From Patescibacteria group bacterium (GTDB lineage: Bacteria > Patescibacteriota > Minisyncoccia > Phycocordibacterales > EsbW-18), in contig JBBTTA010000001.1 of NCBI GenBank assembly GCA_038064475.1, forward strand, positions 47,086-111,085: a DNA stretch of 64,000 nucleotides. Direction: 5' to 3'. Each line of letters starts with the position of its first letter. Position 1 is the first letter of the stretch. The position numbers and the translations under genes were made by a program. A model generated the notes under the pieces. That model was not told the DNA's origin. It ran no database searches and was given only the letters and a program-made list of their open reading frames with translations. This document shows positions 1-9,630 of this stretch, in pieces.

Positions 1-354
1 AAAGCTAATATTCTTTCCAAATAACTTTCGCATGCCAATCGCCAATTCCTGTGCTTGTTTGTAGAGACGCAAACGTTCTTGCAAATCACTTATGTCCATC
101 TCTTCTTCAGATGAAAGTGTAAACTCAGGCAACAGCGACCGAGACTTGATGAGGACTAGTGTTGATGCAACAAGGATAAATTGCGCAACATCGTGCATCG
201 GAAATGATTCTGTTTTTTCAACGTGTGCAATATATTCGTCAGCGACTTCTGCAAGCGCAATGTCGTTGATGAACAGTTTTCTCTTTTCAATCAGCTGGAG
301 CAAAAGTTCCAACGGACCTTCGAACACTCCTGTTTTGACGTTAAAATCCGACAT
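1..354 (-). CDS. scpA: segregation and condensation protein A (ScpA), N-terminal part; gene continues beyond window start
   Basis: Manual minus-strand translation from ATG at 352-354 gives MSDFNVKTGVFEGPLELLLQLIEKRKLFINDIALAEVADEY..., matching the ScpA N-terminal signature (FEGPLDLLL...I..I). No stop before position 1. Not in the ORF track because it runs off the edge. Confidence 0.7.
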   Translation of the reverse strand, partial: MSDFNVKTGVFEGPLELLLQLIEKRKLFINDIALAEVADEYIAHVEKTESFPMHDVAQFILVASTLVLIKSRSLLPEFTLSSEEEMDISDLQERLRLYKQAQELAIGMRKLFGKNISF

Positions 355-361
355 ATCAGAA

Positions 362-1762
362 CTACTCTTTTTTCTTTAGTTGAGAGAGCCCGAGATCCCG
401 TAACACAATCGGATCAATAGGACCTGGTGCATGCATTACAGCTGTTTTTCCCTTGCCCGTCATTGGAAATGCCTGCACTTCACGCAGGTAGGATTCGCCT
501 GTCAAAATCATAATTCCTCGTTCGATGCCGAGTCCGATACCTCCGTGCGGTGGTGCTCCATGAGCAAACGCTTCTAGCATATGTCCGACACTCTTTTTAA
601 TTTCTTCGTCCGAGTAACCCATAATTTTGTATGTTGCTTCAAGGATTTCAGGTCGGTGTGCTCGGATACTGCCTCCTCCAGTCTCAAATCCGTTACACAC
701 AAGGTCGTATTGTTGCGTAACAATATTTTCAACGTTTTCTCCTTTCATGTGCCACTCCAAATGCTCTGCCATAGGCATTGAAAATGGGTTGTGTGTAAAT
801 GTCCACTTGCCATCATCTGTTTTTTCAAAGAATGGAAAATCAGTCACCCATGCATATGCAAGAATTCCCTTTTCTTTTTCTTCAGGTGTGCGCATATCGA
901 ATTTGTCCGCACCATATTTCTCCACTGCTTCTTTGTAGGTAACGCGTGGAAACGGTTTTTCTCGAATTGTTTTACCCAAACTTTCCATAACGTAGATAAT
1001 CATGCCTTCGATAGTGTCCATCACTTCATCTCGTGTTACAAACGCCATCTCAATGTCTAACTGTGTATGCTCATAGCCACGGTCAGCACGAAGATCCTCG
1101 TCGCGGATACATCGAGCTGTCTGAAAATATTTTTCAAAACCAGATGTCATCAACAACTGTTTGTATTGTTGTGGTGATTGTGGCAATGCATAAAAATTTC
1201 CTGGATTGTGTCGTGATGGTACGAGGAAGTCGCGAGAGCCTTCTGGTGTTGATTGCGTAAGAAGGGGTGTTTCAATTTCAACAAATCCTCTTGCAAATAA
1301 GTATTCACGACATTTCTGAACAAACTCACTTCGTACACGAATATTTTTTTGCATACGGGCACTACGAAGGTCCACGTATCGGTATGCAAGTCGTGTTTCT
1401 TCGTTAAGTCCCATTGTGTCTTGAGTTAGATCAAAAGGAGGTGTTTTGGCTTCAGCAAGTACCGTTATTGATTCAGCAACACATTCAAGCGAGCCATTTA
1501 GTTCGTCTGCATTAACAAGGTTTTCAGGACGCTTCTTAATGAGTCCAGTAAGTGTAATAACCCACTCTGAGCGGAGTGTGTTTGCAACAGAGAGTGCCTC
1601 TGCGTTTTTTGGAGTTACTACAACCTGTACCTTTCCTGTTTCGTCGCGGACATCAATAAAAATAAGCTTACCGTGGTCTCGTCGAACAGAAACCCACCCT
1701 GCAACAGTAACGCTGGTATCAATGTGTTTTTCAAGATCTTTAATGTAAATTCTGTTCTTCAT
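362..1762 (-). CDS. aspS: aspartyl-tRNA synthetase (short/archaeal-type, probably non-discriminating)
   Basis: ORF 362..1846 has an anticodon-binding OB fold plus class II core. Contains the AspRS motif FYALPQSPQQYKQLLM. Start chosen at MKNRIYIK (ATG at 1762). Confidence 0.85.
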   Translation of the reverse strand: MKNRIYIKDLEKHIDTSVTVAGWVSVRRDHGKLIFIDVRDETGKVQVVVTPKNAEALSVANTLRSEWVITLTGLIKKRPENLVNADELNGSLECVAESITVLAEAKTPPFDLTQDTMGLNEETRLAYRYVDLRSARMQKNIRVRSEFVQKCREYLFARGFVEIETPLLTQSTPEGSRDFLVPSRHNPGNFYALPQSPQQYKQLLMTSGFEKYFQTARCIRDEDLRADRGYEHTQLDIEMAFVTRDEVMDTIEGMIIYVMESLGKTIREKPFPRVTYKEAVEKYGADKFDMRTPEEKEKGILAYAWVTDFPFFEKTDDGKWTFTHNPFSMPMAEHLEWHMKGENVENIVTQQYDLVCNGFETGGGSIRAHRPEILEATYKIMGYSDEEIKKSVGHMLEAFAHGAPPHGGIGLGIERGIMILTGESYLREVQAFPMTGKGKTAVMHAPGPIDPIVLRDLGLSQLKKKE

Positions 1763-1810
1763 ATCGACTATAGTATAAAGGGTTTTTTGCCTAATTCCAA
1801 AAATGAAACG

Positions 1811-1834
1811 GCGCCCGAATATTCGGGCGCCTCT
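1811..1834 (-). terminator. GC hairpin ggcgcccgaatattcgggcgcc followed on the minus strand by GUUUCAUUUUU; putative terminator or attenuator just upstream of aspS
   Basis: Perfect 9-bp inverted repeat with a U-rich tail on the minus strand. Confidence 0.4.
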
Positions 1835-1953
1835 GCTAAGGAACAAACGGGGGTACCGTTACCGATGAGCCATGCAGAACGCGGTCTCACGGAGTCGTGG
1901 CGACCGACGCCCACCATGGTGGCGCATCTTCCGTGGAAACTGTCGCTGTTTCG

Positions 1954-2193
1954 TCATGCGAGTGACGAGAGACAGGTAGTGCTTCTGACACGGAACACAC
2001 GACTCATAATGCTCGAAAACCTCCTCGATGTTCGGAGTCTCCCCAGCTCGAAAGGCATTACTCGACAAACGTGGAAGGCGCCGCGAAGCTCCTTCAGATA
2101 CCCAGTAAATTCTGGGTGCTCTTCGGTGAACTTGGTTTCGCGTTCTACCTTCGACGGGACGATTGCCTTGCGAGCTTGAGCTGCATCGGGCAT
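1954..2193 (-). CDS. hypothetical small protein (79 aa) in a GC-rich islet
   Basis: ORF preceded on the minus strand by a strong SD (AAGGGGGAGAAAAG-ATG). No recognisable domain. Confidence 0.4.
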   Translation of the reverse strand: MPDAAQARKAIVPSKVERETKFTEEHPEFTGYLKELRGAFHVCRVMPFELGRLRTSRRFSSIMSRVFRVRSTTCLSSLA

Positions 2194-2267
2194 CTTTTCT
2201 CCCCCTTGCTACGGTTGGTACTGCTTGGTCTAAAAACACTATACGCCTCTTTAAACAATTTGTGAAG

Positions 2268-3212
2268 TTAGAGAATCCCCACTTTTTCGCGGACTTCTTT
2301 CATTTTTTCTTGTGCTCGAGTACGTGCTTTCTTTGCCCCTGCTTCAAGGATTTTCAAAACTTTGTTTGGATCTTTTGCAATTTTGTCTCGACGCTCACGC
2401 ATTGGAGCAACAAATACATCAATGTCTTCAATAAGAGTGTCTTTCAGTGTCTTAAAGTTTGTTTTGTTTGCATCGTAGAGCGGTTTGAGTTCAGCTTCTT
2501 TGCGAAAGAGTTTGTGTATTGCAAAAAGGTTTTCTGGAAATTCCCCTCCTGAGTTTGTCACAATCGACATAACTGCTTTTGTGATTTCATCACGTGTTCC
2601 AAAAAGTGGAATTGTATTGTTATAGCTTTTGCTCATCTTTTGTCCGTCAGTACCCGGAACTACCGCAACATTTTCGAGAATAAGGTGTTCTGGAAGTTTG
2701 AATGTCTCGCCGTACGTATTATTGAATTTCTGCGCGATGTCACGTGCATATTCAATGTGCTGTTTTTGATCTTGTCCGATAGCAACAATATCAGCGCTCG
2801 GCATCAAAATATCTGCCGCCATCAAAACCGGATAATCAAAAAGGCCAACTGTTGGTTCAGTGTTTTTTGCAACAGCATCTTTGTACGCATGCGCACGTTG
2901 CATGAAAGGTACCGTTACAAGTGTATTAAAAATCCACGTAAGTTCTGTCACTTCAGGAACATCAGACTGCACATAGAGCGTTGTCTTCTCTGGATCCAAA
3001 CCAATCGCAAGGTAATCCATCGCAATATCAAGGGTATCTTTCAAAAGCTGATCTTTATCCTGCAGACCAATAAGCGCATGATAATTCGCGATAAAGACAA
3101 AAACATCGTGCGTATCCTGAAGATCCACATACTGCTTCATCGCACCAAAATAGTTGCCGATATGTACACGACCGCTTGGCTTTACGCCTGACACCATTAC
3201 TTTTTTAGACAT
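2268..3212 (-). CDS. trpS: tryptophanyl-tRNA synthetase
   Basis: Class I aaRS with a HIGH-like GNYFG motif and KMSKS motif. Length 314 aa, typical of TrpRS. Confidence 0.9.
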   Translation of the reverse strand: MSKKVMVSGVKPSGRVHIGNYFGAMKQYVDLQDTHDVFVFIANYHALIGLQDKDQLLKDTLDIAMDYLAIGLDPEKTTLYVQSDVPEVTELTWIFNTLVTVPFMQRAHAYKDAVAKNTEPTVGLFDYPVLMAADILMPSADIVAIGQDQKQHIEYARDIAQKFNNTYGETFKLPEHLILENVAVVPGTDGQKMSKSYNNTIPLFGTRDEITKAVMSIVTNSGGEFPENLFAIHKLFRKEAELKPLYDANKTNFKTLKDTLIEDIDVFVAPMRERRDKIAKDPNKVLKILEAGAKKARTRAQEKMKEVREKVGIL

Positions 3213-3261
3213 AATCCTATAATAACAGACCTTTCACCTTACGTTTATATTTTGTACTATA

Positions 3262-3463
3262 GACAAAGACGGTTTTCGAGCGAGCTGGCTCTGGTTCCTG
3301 CCCTAAGAATGGAGTTCCACCGGAAGGTACCCTCAGTACCAACCACACCACATCGGTGTAACACACCGTAAAGACCCCGGGACACATCATGTCCGTCAAC
3401 GACAACCAGACCAGTGTAGTTCGCTCACGCAGCAAGGCCCGAGGCAGCAGCCTCGGGTTTTTT
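3262..3463 (+). ncRNA. candidate structured small RNA (unclassified)
   Basis: Long-range helix: 3278-3296 (gagcgagctggctctggtt) pairs with 3401-3430 (gacaaccagaccagtgtagttcgctc). Internal hairpins include ccGGAAgg. A plus-strand intrinsic terminator at 3438-3463 ends it. No coding potential. Confidence 0.3.
3438..3463 (+). terminator. rho-independent terminator (cccgaggcagcagcctcggg + TTTTTT)
   Basis: 7-bp GC stem followed by T6 on the plus strand. Confidence 0.6.
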
Positions 3464-3473
3464 AATGGAGTAC

Positions 3474-4769
3474 TTACGCTGTCAAATAGGCTTCAAGTTG
3501 CGCAAGAGAAACTCGTTCCTGTTTCATCGTATCACGGTCACGAATCGTTATCGTGCCGTCTTCAAGTGTTTGGTGGTCAACGGTAACGCAGATTGGTGTA
3601 CCAATTTCATCCTGACGACGGTAGCGCTTACCAATCGAACCCGATTCATCGTAGAGCACACGTGTTTTCTTGCGGAGTGTTGCAAAAATCTCTTTTGCTT
3701 TCTCACCCATGCCGTCCTTTTTCATCAATGGCAAAATAGCAACCATGTAGGGAGCAATTGCTCGTGCAAGTTTCAAAACAACACGAGTTTCCTCACCTAC
3801 TTCTTCTTCGTGGTATGCATCTGTGAGAACAGCGAGAACCGTTCGATCAACACCAAATGTTGGTTCAACCACATGCGGAACAAAACGTTCTTTTGTTTCT
3901 TCATCAAAGTATGAAAGGTCTTTGCTACTTGCTGCAGCGTGATTCTTAAGGTCATAGTCAGTTCGGTACGCAAGACCATAGAGCTCTTGCTGACCAAAAG
4001 GGTAGTCGAATTCAAAATCAACTGTGCGCTTTGAATAAAATGCGAGAGAATCTTTTTCAATCTCATGTTCATGAACATGCTTAGGATTGAGTCCAATTTC
4101 TTCTGTCCATGCAAGCATTGCTTTTTGTAGCATTCCAAAGGCTTCTTCCCAATTATTTGGGTGTACAAAATATTCAATTTCCATCTGTTCAAATTCACGG
4201 AGACGAAAAAGATAGTCTCGGGGTGCAATTTCATTTCGAAAAGCTTTTCCAATTTGTGCCAATCCAAACGGAAGCTTTGGGTGGAGCGAATCAAGAACGT
4301 TTTTAAAGTTAACAAACATGCCTCCCGCTGTTTCAGGGCGGAGATATGCAATTGATGCCGCATCTTCTGTTGCGCCGACAAATGTCTTAAACATCATGTT
4401 GAACTGACGCGGCTCCCCCAATTTTCCTCCACACTCAGGACATTTCTCTGTGTTTTCAAGCTGATCGGCGCGAAAACGACGCTTACACTTACTACATTCA
4501 ATAAGTGGATCAGAGAAGCCTGATACATGGCCAGATGCTTCCCATGCTTTTGGATTCATGATGATGGCGGCATCAATACCAAACATATCGTCACGATCGT
4601 GCACAAAACGCTTCCACCAAAGAGCTTTTATGTTGTTCTTGAGTTCAATACCAAGTGGTCCGTAATCATATGTACCGGCCATACCGCCGTAGATCTCAGA
4701 ACCCTGAAATATAAAACCGCGACGTTTCGCGAGTGAGACTATCTTTTCCATTCTATCGTCTGCTGCCAT
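3474..4769 (-). CDS. glyQS: glycyl-tRNA synthetase (alpha2 dimeric type)
   Basis: Class II aaRS. N-terminal IVSLAKRRGFIFQGSEIYGG is typical of dimeric GlyRS. Has a C-terminal anticodon-binding domain. Start chosen at MAADDR. Confidence 0.9.
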   Translation of the reverse strand: MAADDRMEKIVSLAKRRGFIFQGSEIYGGMAGTYDYGPLGIELKNNIKALWWKRFVHDRDDMFGIDAAIIMNPKAWEASGHVSGFSDPLIECSKCKRRFRADQLENTEKCPECGGKLGEPRQFNMMFKTFVGATEDAASIAYLRPETAGGMFVNFKNVLDSLHPKLPFGLAQIGKAFRNEIAPRDYLFRLREFEQMEIEYFVHPNNWEEAFGMLQKAMLAWTEEIGLNPKHVHEHEIEKDSLAFYSKRTVDFEFDYPFGQQELYGLAYRTDYDLKNHAAASSKDLSYFDEETKERFVPHVVEPTFGVDRTVLAVLTDAYHEEEVGEETRVVLKLARAIAPYMVAILPLMKKDGMGEKAKEIFATLRKKTRVLYDESGSIGKRYRRQDEIGTPICVTVDHQTLEDGTITIRDRDTMKQERVSLAQLEAYLTA

Positions 4770-4858
4770 ATAGAAATCAGTATACCTCATAAAGAAAAGC
4801 CCGTACACAGAATCGTGCAGGGCTTCGAGGGTTGCTCCCGAAGGAGCGAATGTACAAC

Positions 4859-5070
4859 GGTGGGTGGTGGTGGACTACATGAACTGCGTGGCGAGCTAAC
4901 CAATTCTTCTTTTTGATTGTTTCGCGGTCATGTTGACCGGCTCTTTGCGACCGGCCGCGGGGGCGGGTCGATTCTTCGCAGCACTCGTGCGGCACTTTCG
5001 CCTTGCGCAAGGTCTTGCGACACGACGCTGGTGCTTCGGCTGAGCTCATTTTCAAACCACCACCACCCAC
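4859..5070. ncRNA. candidate structured RNA element; strand undetermined
   Basis: ggtgggtggtggtgg (4859-4873) is complementary to ccaccaccacccac (5057-5070), enclosing about 185 nt with several GC-rich local hairpins. GC-rich relative to flanks. No convincing ORF. Confidence 0.2.
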
Positions 5071-5105
5071 ACGTAGTATACCAGACTATTTTAGAAATGC
5101 AAGTA

Positions 5106-5135
5106 ATAGAAAAGGCCCGTCTACCGTAGGCAGAC
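5106..5135 (-). terminator. rho-independent terminator on the minus strand (CGUCUgCC-uac-GGuAGACG, then GGGCCUUUUCU)
   Basis: Near-perfect hairpin 5113-5131 with a U-rich tail on the minus strand. Confidence 0.5.
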
Positions 5136-5320
5136 GAGCCGGAAAGAACGGTGGTGAAGATCTGGGGTGCAATCCGCTACGAATCAGTAGAGGACTGAGC
5201 AATTTGGAAACACCTTATCACCATTTCGGGGACGAACCATCCGGGTGAGAGCTCGAAGAGAGCTCGGTTTCCTGTGCACCTGATCGGTCCTCACCACCAC
5301 AAACACTATAGCACACATCA
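5136..5320 (-). ncRNA. candidate small RNA between the dnaJ-downstream palindrome and the terminator
   Basis: On the minus strand, GGUGGUGAGG at the 5' end pairs with CUUCACCACC at the 3' end, enclosing about 145 nt. A terminator follows at 5106-5135. No ORF. Confidence 0.25.
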
Positions 5321-5336
5321 AAAATATTACAACCCA

Positions 5337-5378
5337 CAACCAAGTTCTAGAATTCTATAGAATTCTAGAACTTGGTTG
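5337..5378. repeat. perfect 42-nt palindrome (caaccaagttctagaattcta|tagaattctagaacttggttg), 42 nt downstream of the dnaJ stop
   Basis: Exact 21-bp inverted-repeat arms. Possible terminator hairpin or operator. Confidence 0.9.
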
Positions 5379-5419
5379 ACGTTAATTGTCCCTGAAAAAT
5401 CACGAAGTAGATGGAGTGA

Positions 5420-6499
5420 TTAGAGTCCTTCCGCCTTGAGATGTTCAATCGCCTCTTTTGCCTTCTTTGAAAGTTTGACTGGGATATCAACGGTCACGTG
5501 AACGAGCAAATTACCTCGTCGATCACCCGCTGGAACACCTTTATTCTTCAGACGAATATAGTCCCCCGTCTTTACACCAGAGGGTATTGAAATTTCTTCT
5601 TTTCCTTCCAACGTCTCAATTGTTTTCTTTGCGCCCAAAAGTGCATCGGTGAGTTTTACATCCATCTCCATTATCAAATCGACACCTTCTTTGCGAAAAT
5701 ATGCATGCGAACGAACATGTACTTTTATGTACAAATCTCCGGGCACACCGTTTTGAATTGCTTCGCCTGCGCCCGTAAGACGAATCATTTCGCCATCGTT
5801 AATGCCACTTGGAATTCTGATTTTTACTTCTTGCTGACCTTTAGTTACACCTACACCCTTACATGTCTCACATTTTTCTTTTGGAATTTCGCCGCGACCG
5901 TGACAGGTGCTGCATGTTGTCACTGTTGAGAAGGTGCCAAACATTGATGACTTTGTTTCGTGAATTTTTCCCTTACCATTACACGTTGTGCATGTTTCTT
6001 TTGGTGTACCAGGTTTTGCACCGTCGCCCCTACACGTCTCACATGGCGCTGTTTTATTCAACATCATGGTACGGTCGGTGCCAAACACAGCGTCTTTAAA
6101 ATCAAGCTCGACGTCAACTGAAATATCGCGGCCACGACGTTGCCGTGTTCCCCCTTGTCGTCCTCCCATTCCAAAAATGTCGCCGAAAATATCTCCGAGA
6201 TCAAATTCAACGCCACCCTGACCGTTTGCAAATCCAGAGAAATCAAAACCTTGTGCGCCGAATCCTCCAAACCCCCCCGCACCACCCATATTTCCATCAG
6301 CATTGCCAAAACGATCGTACTGCGCGCGCTTTGATTCATCAGAAAGCACTGTGTATGCCTCGTTCACTTCTTTGAACTTCGCTTCATTCCCTCCCTTCTT
6401 GTCAGGGTGATACTTGTGCGCAAGTTTGTGGAATGCCTTTTTGATGTCGTCTTTTGAAGCCCCTTTTTCAATCCCGAGTGTTGAGTAATAGTCCTTCAT
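5420..6499 (-). CDS. dnaJ: chaperone DnaJ
   Basis: J-domain with HPD motif (KYHPDK), G/F-rich region, and four CxxCxGxG zinc-finger repeats. Confidence 0.95.
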   Translation of the reverse strand: MKDYYSTLGIEKGASKDDIKKAFHKLAHKYHPDKKGGNEAKFKEVNEAYTVLSDESKRAQYDRFGNADGNMGGAGGFGGFGAQGFDFSGFANGQGGVEFDLGDIFGDIFGMGGRQGGTRQRRGRDISVDVELDFKDAVFGTDRTMMLNKTAPCETCRGDGAKPGTPKETCTTCNGKGKIHETKSSMFGTFSTVTTCSTCHGRGEIPKEKCETCKGVGVTKGQQEVKIRIPSGINDGEMIRLTGAGEAIQNGVPGDLYIKVHVRSHAYFRKEGVDLIMEMDVKLTDALLGAKKTIETLEGKEEISIPSGVKTGDYIRLKNKGVPAGDRRGNLLVHVTVDIPVKLSKKAKEAIEHLKAEGL

Positions 6500-6570
6500 A
6501 GATTTTTGAATTGTAACACAAAATTCTTATCGAGACAACAAAACAGCCCTTATACAGGGTTGTTTTTTAA

Positions 6571-8430
6571 CTATGCGTCGTGAACCGTACCTTCATCTTT
6601 CTGTTCTTTGTTCTCTGTTGCTTGTTCTGTATTTTTCGACATGGATTCGCCTATTTTTTGCATTTCTTTTGAAAGTTCGTCTGATGCTGTTTTGATCTCT
6701 TCAACAGTACCTGTGTCGCGTGCTTTTTTAAGTGCATCAACTTTTTCTGTAACATTCTTCTTCACATCCTCAGGAACTTTATCTCCCGCGTCAGTTAATG
6801 CTTTTTCTGCAGTCACAATCAAGTGCTCTGCTGTGTTGCGAGAGTCTGCCGTCTCACGCTTTTTCTTATCTTCATCGGCGTGCTTTTCTGCGTCTGCTTT
6901 CATACGCTGAATTTCATCGTCCGTTAATGCTGAACTACCCTCAATACGAATTGATTGTTCTTTGCCTGACGTTTTATCTTTTGCCTTCACAGTTAAAATA
7001 CCATTCGCATCGAGATCAAATGACACTTCAACTTGTGGCATACCGCGTTGCGCTGGTGGAATACCTTCCAACACAAAGCGTCCAAGCGTTTTGTTGTCAG
7101 CTGCCATTGGGCGCTCCCCTTGAACAGCATGAATTTCTACTGATGTTTGATTATCGGATGCTGTTGAGAATGTCTGCGACTTACTTGCAGGAATTGTCGT
7201 ATTCTTATCAATAAGTTTTGTTGCAACACCTCCGAGTGTTTCGATACCAAGAGAAAGTGGTGTCACATCGAGCAAAAGCACATCGCGAACATCACCTTGC
7301 AAAATACCTCCTTGAATTGCCGCGCCGGCAGCAACCACTTCGTCTGGGTTGATTGAACGGTTTGGTTCTTTGCCGAAGAATTCTTTTACGGCTGTTTGAA
7401 TTGCTGGCATGCGTGTCTGACCACCAACAAGGATAACTTCGTTAATATCATTCAAGCTAAAACCAGAATCTTTCACGACGTCTTTTGTAATGGCGATTGA
7501 TCGGTCAATAAATTCTTTTGCGATACCTTCAAGAGTTGCTCGGCTCATTTTCAAAAGAAGGTGCCGAGGACCTGATGAGTCTGACGTAATGAAGGGAAGG
7601 TTGATTTCAGTATCGAGAGCTGTTGAAAGTTCGTGCTTTGCTTTCTCAGCACCTTCGTCAAGTCGCTGCAGTGCGAGTGGGTCTTTTGAGATATCAATTC
7701 CTGACTCTTTCCTGAACTCATCGAGAATCCAGCGAACAATCTTTTGATCAATATCACGACCACCCAAGTGACTGTCGCCACCCGTTGCTTTTACCTCAAC
7801 AACGTCTTCAGAGACTTCAAGCACAGAAATATCGAATGTTCCTCCACCGAAGTCGAAGACAGCAATCTTCTCGTTCTTTCGTTTATTAAATCCGTATGCG
7901 AGCGCAGCTGCTGTTGGTTCGTTGATGATGCGTTCCACATCAAGTCCTGCAATTTTTCCGGCATCCTTTGTTGCCTTACGCTGTGCATCGTTGAAGTATG
8001 CAGGCACGGTGATAACCGCTTTTGTGATTTTTTCACCAAGCTTTGCTTCTGCATCTGCTTTAAGCTTACCCAAAATCATCGCGGATACTTCTTCAGGACG
8101 GTGCTCTTTGCTGTTCAACATAACTGCCGCACCTCCGTCACTACCTTTTACGATTTCAAATGGCACTGCACCTTTTTCTTTCTGCACCGTTGATTCATCA
8201 AACTTGTGCCCCATGAGGCGCTTAATGCCGTAAATTGTGTTCTTTGGGTTTGTCACAGCCTGTCGGCGTGCGATGAGACCCACTAGACGCTCTCCTGTTT
8301 TTGAAATAGCCACAACTGATGGTGTTGTGCGCGTACCCTCGGCGTTTTCGAGGATTTTTGGCTCGCCACCTTCGATGACGGCCATTGCTGAGTTTGTTGT
8401 TCCCAAATCAATTCCAAGAATTTTCGTCAT
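6571..8430 (-). CDS. dnaK: chaperone DnaK (Hsp70)
   Basis: Contains [10 protein letters not shown] and DLGGGTFD motifs. Length 619 aa. Confidence 0.97.
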   Translation of the reverse strand: MTKILGIDLGTTNSAMAVIEGGEPKILENAEGTRTTPSVVAISKTGERLVGLIARRQAVTNPKNTIYGIKRLMGHKFDESTVQKEKGAVPFEIVKGSDGGAAVMLNSKEHRPEEVSAMILGKLKADAEAKLGEKITKAVITVPAYFNDAQRKATKDAGKIAGLDVERIINEPTAAALAYGFNKRKNEKIAVFDFGGGTFDISVLEVSEDVVEVKATGGDSHLGGRDIDQKIVRWILDEFRKESGIDISKDPLALQRLDEGAEKAKHELSTALDTEINLPFITSDSSGPRHLLLKMSRATLEGIAKEFIDRSIAITKDVVKDSGFSLNDINEVILVGGQTRMPAIQTAVKEFFGKEPNRSINPDEVVAAGAAIQGGILQGDVRDVLLLDVTPLSLGIETLGGVATKLIDKNTTIPASKSQTFSTASDNQTSVEIHAVQGERPMAADNKTLGRFVLEGIPPAQRGMPQVEVSFDLDANGILTVKAKDKTSGKEQSIRIEGSSALTDDEIQRMKADAEKHADEDKKKRETADSRNTAEHLIVTAEKALTDAGDKVPEDVKKNVTEKVDALKKARDTGTVEEIKTASDELSKEMQKIGESMSKNTEQATENKEQKDEGTVHDA

Positions 8431-8456
8431 ATGTTGTGATTATATTTGTATAAAAA

Positions 8457-9014
8457 TTATTTTGCTTCTCCTACAAGAACCTTCGGCGCTCGTATCAACT
8501 TCGTATGCAACCGATATCCTTTTTGCACGACTTCGAGAATTTTTCCATTATCCTCCTTATGCACTTCTCGCGTTCCTATTGATTCATGTACGTTCGGGTC
8601 AAACATTGCATCAAGCGGATTTAGTTGCGTCACGCCGTTTTTTTCAAGCACAGCGAGAAGTTGATTGTATATGTACTCGATGCCTTGACGCCAGTTAGGA
8701 GGTGTTTTCTCCCATGCAGTGCGATCTCGGAATGCCATATCGAAGCTATCAAGAACAGGAATAAGGTCTGAGACAACGTCTTCACTTGCATACTCGCGAA
8801 TACGTTTCTTCTCCTGTTCAATATCTTTCTTGTAGTTAATAAGGTCCGCTTTTGCACGCTGCCAACCTTCAAGATATTCTGTACGTTCCTTTTTTACCGT
8901 GTCCAATTCAGACGCCTTTGCGCTGTCAGATTTCTTTTTGAACGAGGTCGTTTCTTCAGGTACGGCCTCAAATTCTACATCTTGTTCTTCGTTCTTGTGT
9001 TTTTTGTGTGTCAT
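8457..9014 (-). CDS. grpE: nucleotide exchange factor GrpE
   Basis: Sits immediately upstream of dnaK in a grpE-dnaK-dnaJ arrangement. Has a coiled-coil N-terminus and GrpE-like C-terminus. Length 185 aa. Confidence 0.8.
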   Translation of the reverse strand: MTHKKHKNEEQDVEFEAVPEETTSFKKKSDSAKASELDTVKKERTEYLEGWQRAKADLINYKKDIEQEKKRIREYASEDVVSDLIPVLDSFDMAFRDRTAWEKTPPNWRQGIEYIYNQLLAVLEKNGVTQLNPLDAMFDPNVHESIGTREVHKEDNGKILEVVQKGYRLHTKLIRAPKVLVGEAK

Positions 9015-9020
9015 ACGAGA

Positions 9021-9062
9021 AAAAAACGGGTACGCCGTTTCTTTCGGTGCCGAAGAAACGGC
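9021..9062 (-). terminator. rho-independent terminator downstream of rpsI (gccgtttctt...aagaaacggc hairpin + U7)
   Basis: 10-bp stem at 9034-9062 followed on the minus strand by uacccgUUUUUUU. Confidence 0.6.
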
Positions 9063-9212
9063 AAATAGTAGTGCTAACTACTGACTATCGCTTAGACCAC
9101 TGAGAACACGTAAGTGTTCTTTTGAAAACCCACGGTTTTCAACGTTCGAAGACTCACTGCTTTCCTCCACAGAAACCTCTCGGTTTCTGACTCTTCCCAG
9201 CAATGGTCAAAA

Positions 9213-9629
9213 CTATCGTTTTGACCACTGCGGTGCCCTACGCGCTTTGCGCAAACCGAACTTCTTTCGTTCAACCTTACGTGGGTCTCGCTTAAGAAAT
9301 CCTGCTTGTTTCATTTCGCTGCGGAGATCTGGCAAAAGTGCGATGATTGCACGTGTTGCACCCAAACGAATTGCTTCAGCTTGAGCACTGATACCTCCAC
9401 CCTTTACATGTGCTGTCACGGTTGATGACTTGCGCATGTTTGCTTTTACCAATGCTTCTTCAGCAACGCGCTGAAATTCAGCTACAGGAAAATACTCCGT
9501 AAGATCACGGTCGTTCACCTTAAATGATGGCTTTGCGCTTTCAGTAATGCGCACGCGAGCAATCGCATTCTTGCGGCGTCCAATACCCTCTTGGTATCGA
9601 TCTTTTTTCTTTGTGTGAGCAGTTGTCAT
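9213..9629 (-). CDS. rpsI: 30S ribosomal protein S9
   Basis: Contains GRRKNAIARV. Ends in the typical ...SKR. Confidence 0.95.
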   Translation of the reverse strand: MTTAHTKKKDRYQEGIGRRKNAIARVRITESAKPSFKVNDRDLTEYFPVAEFQRVAEEALVKANMRKSSTVTAHVKGGGISAQAEAIRLGATRAIIALLPDLRSEMKQAGFLKRDPRKVERKKFGLRKARRAPQWSKR

Positions 9630-9630
9630 A

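Noticed and set aside
4800-5340. Tried to assign tmRNA, RNase P RNA or SRP RNA to the long glyQS-dnaJ spacer.
   Set aside because: I could not find the resume codon/tag ORF, the GGUUCGAnUCC T-arm with CCA end, the RNase P P4 GGAAAGUCCGG / ACAGAACCCGGCUUA motifs, or the SRP domain IV GGAA-AGCAG loop. It remains only an unclassified structured region.
9080-9120. Genuine CIRCE/HrcA operator upstream of grpE.
   Set aside because: Only everted, imperfect half-sites with wrong spacing are present. It is kept as a low-interest note, not called as a feature.
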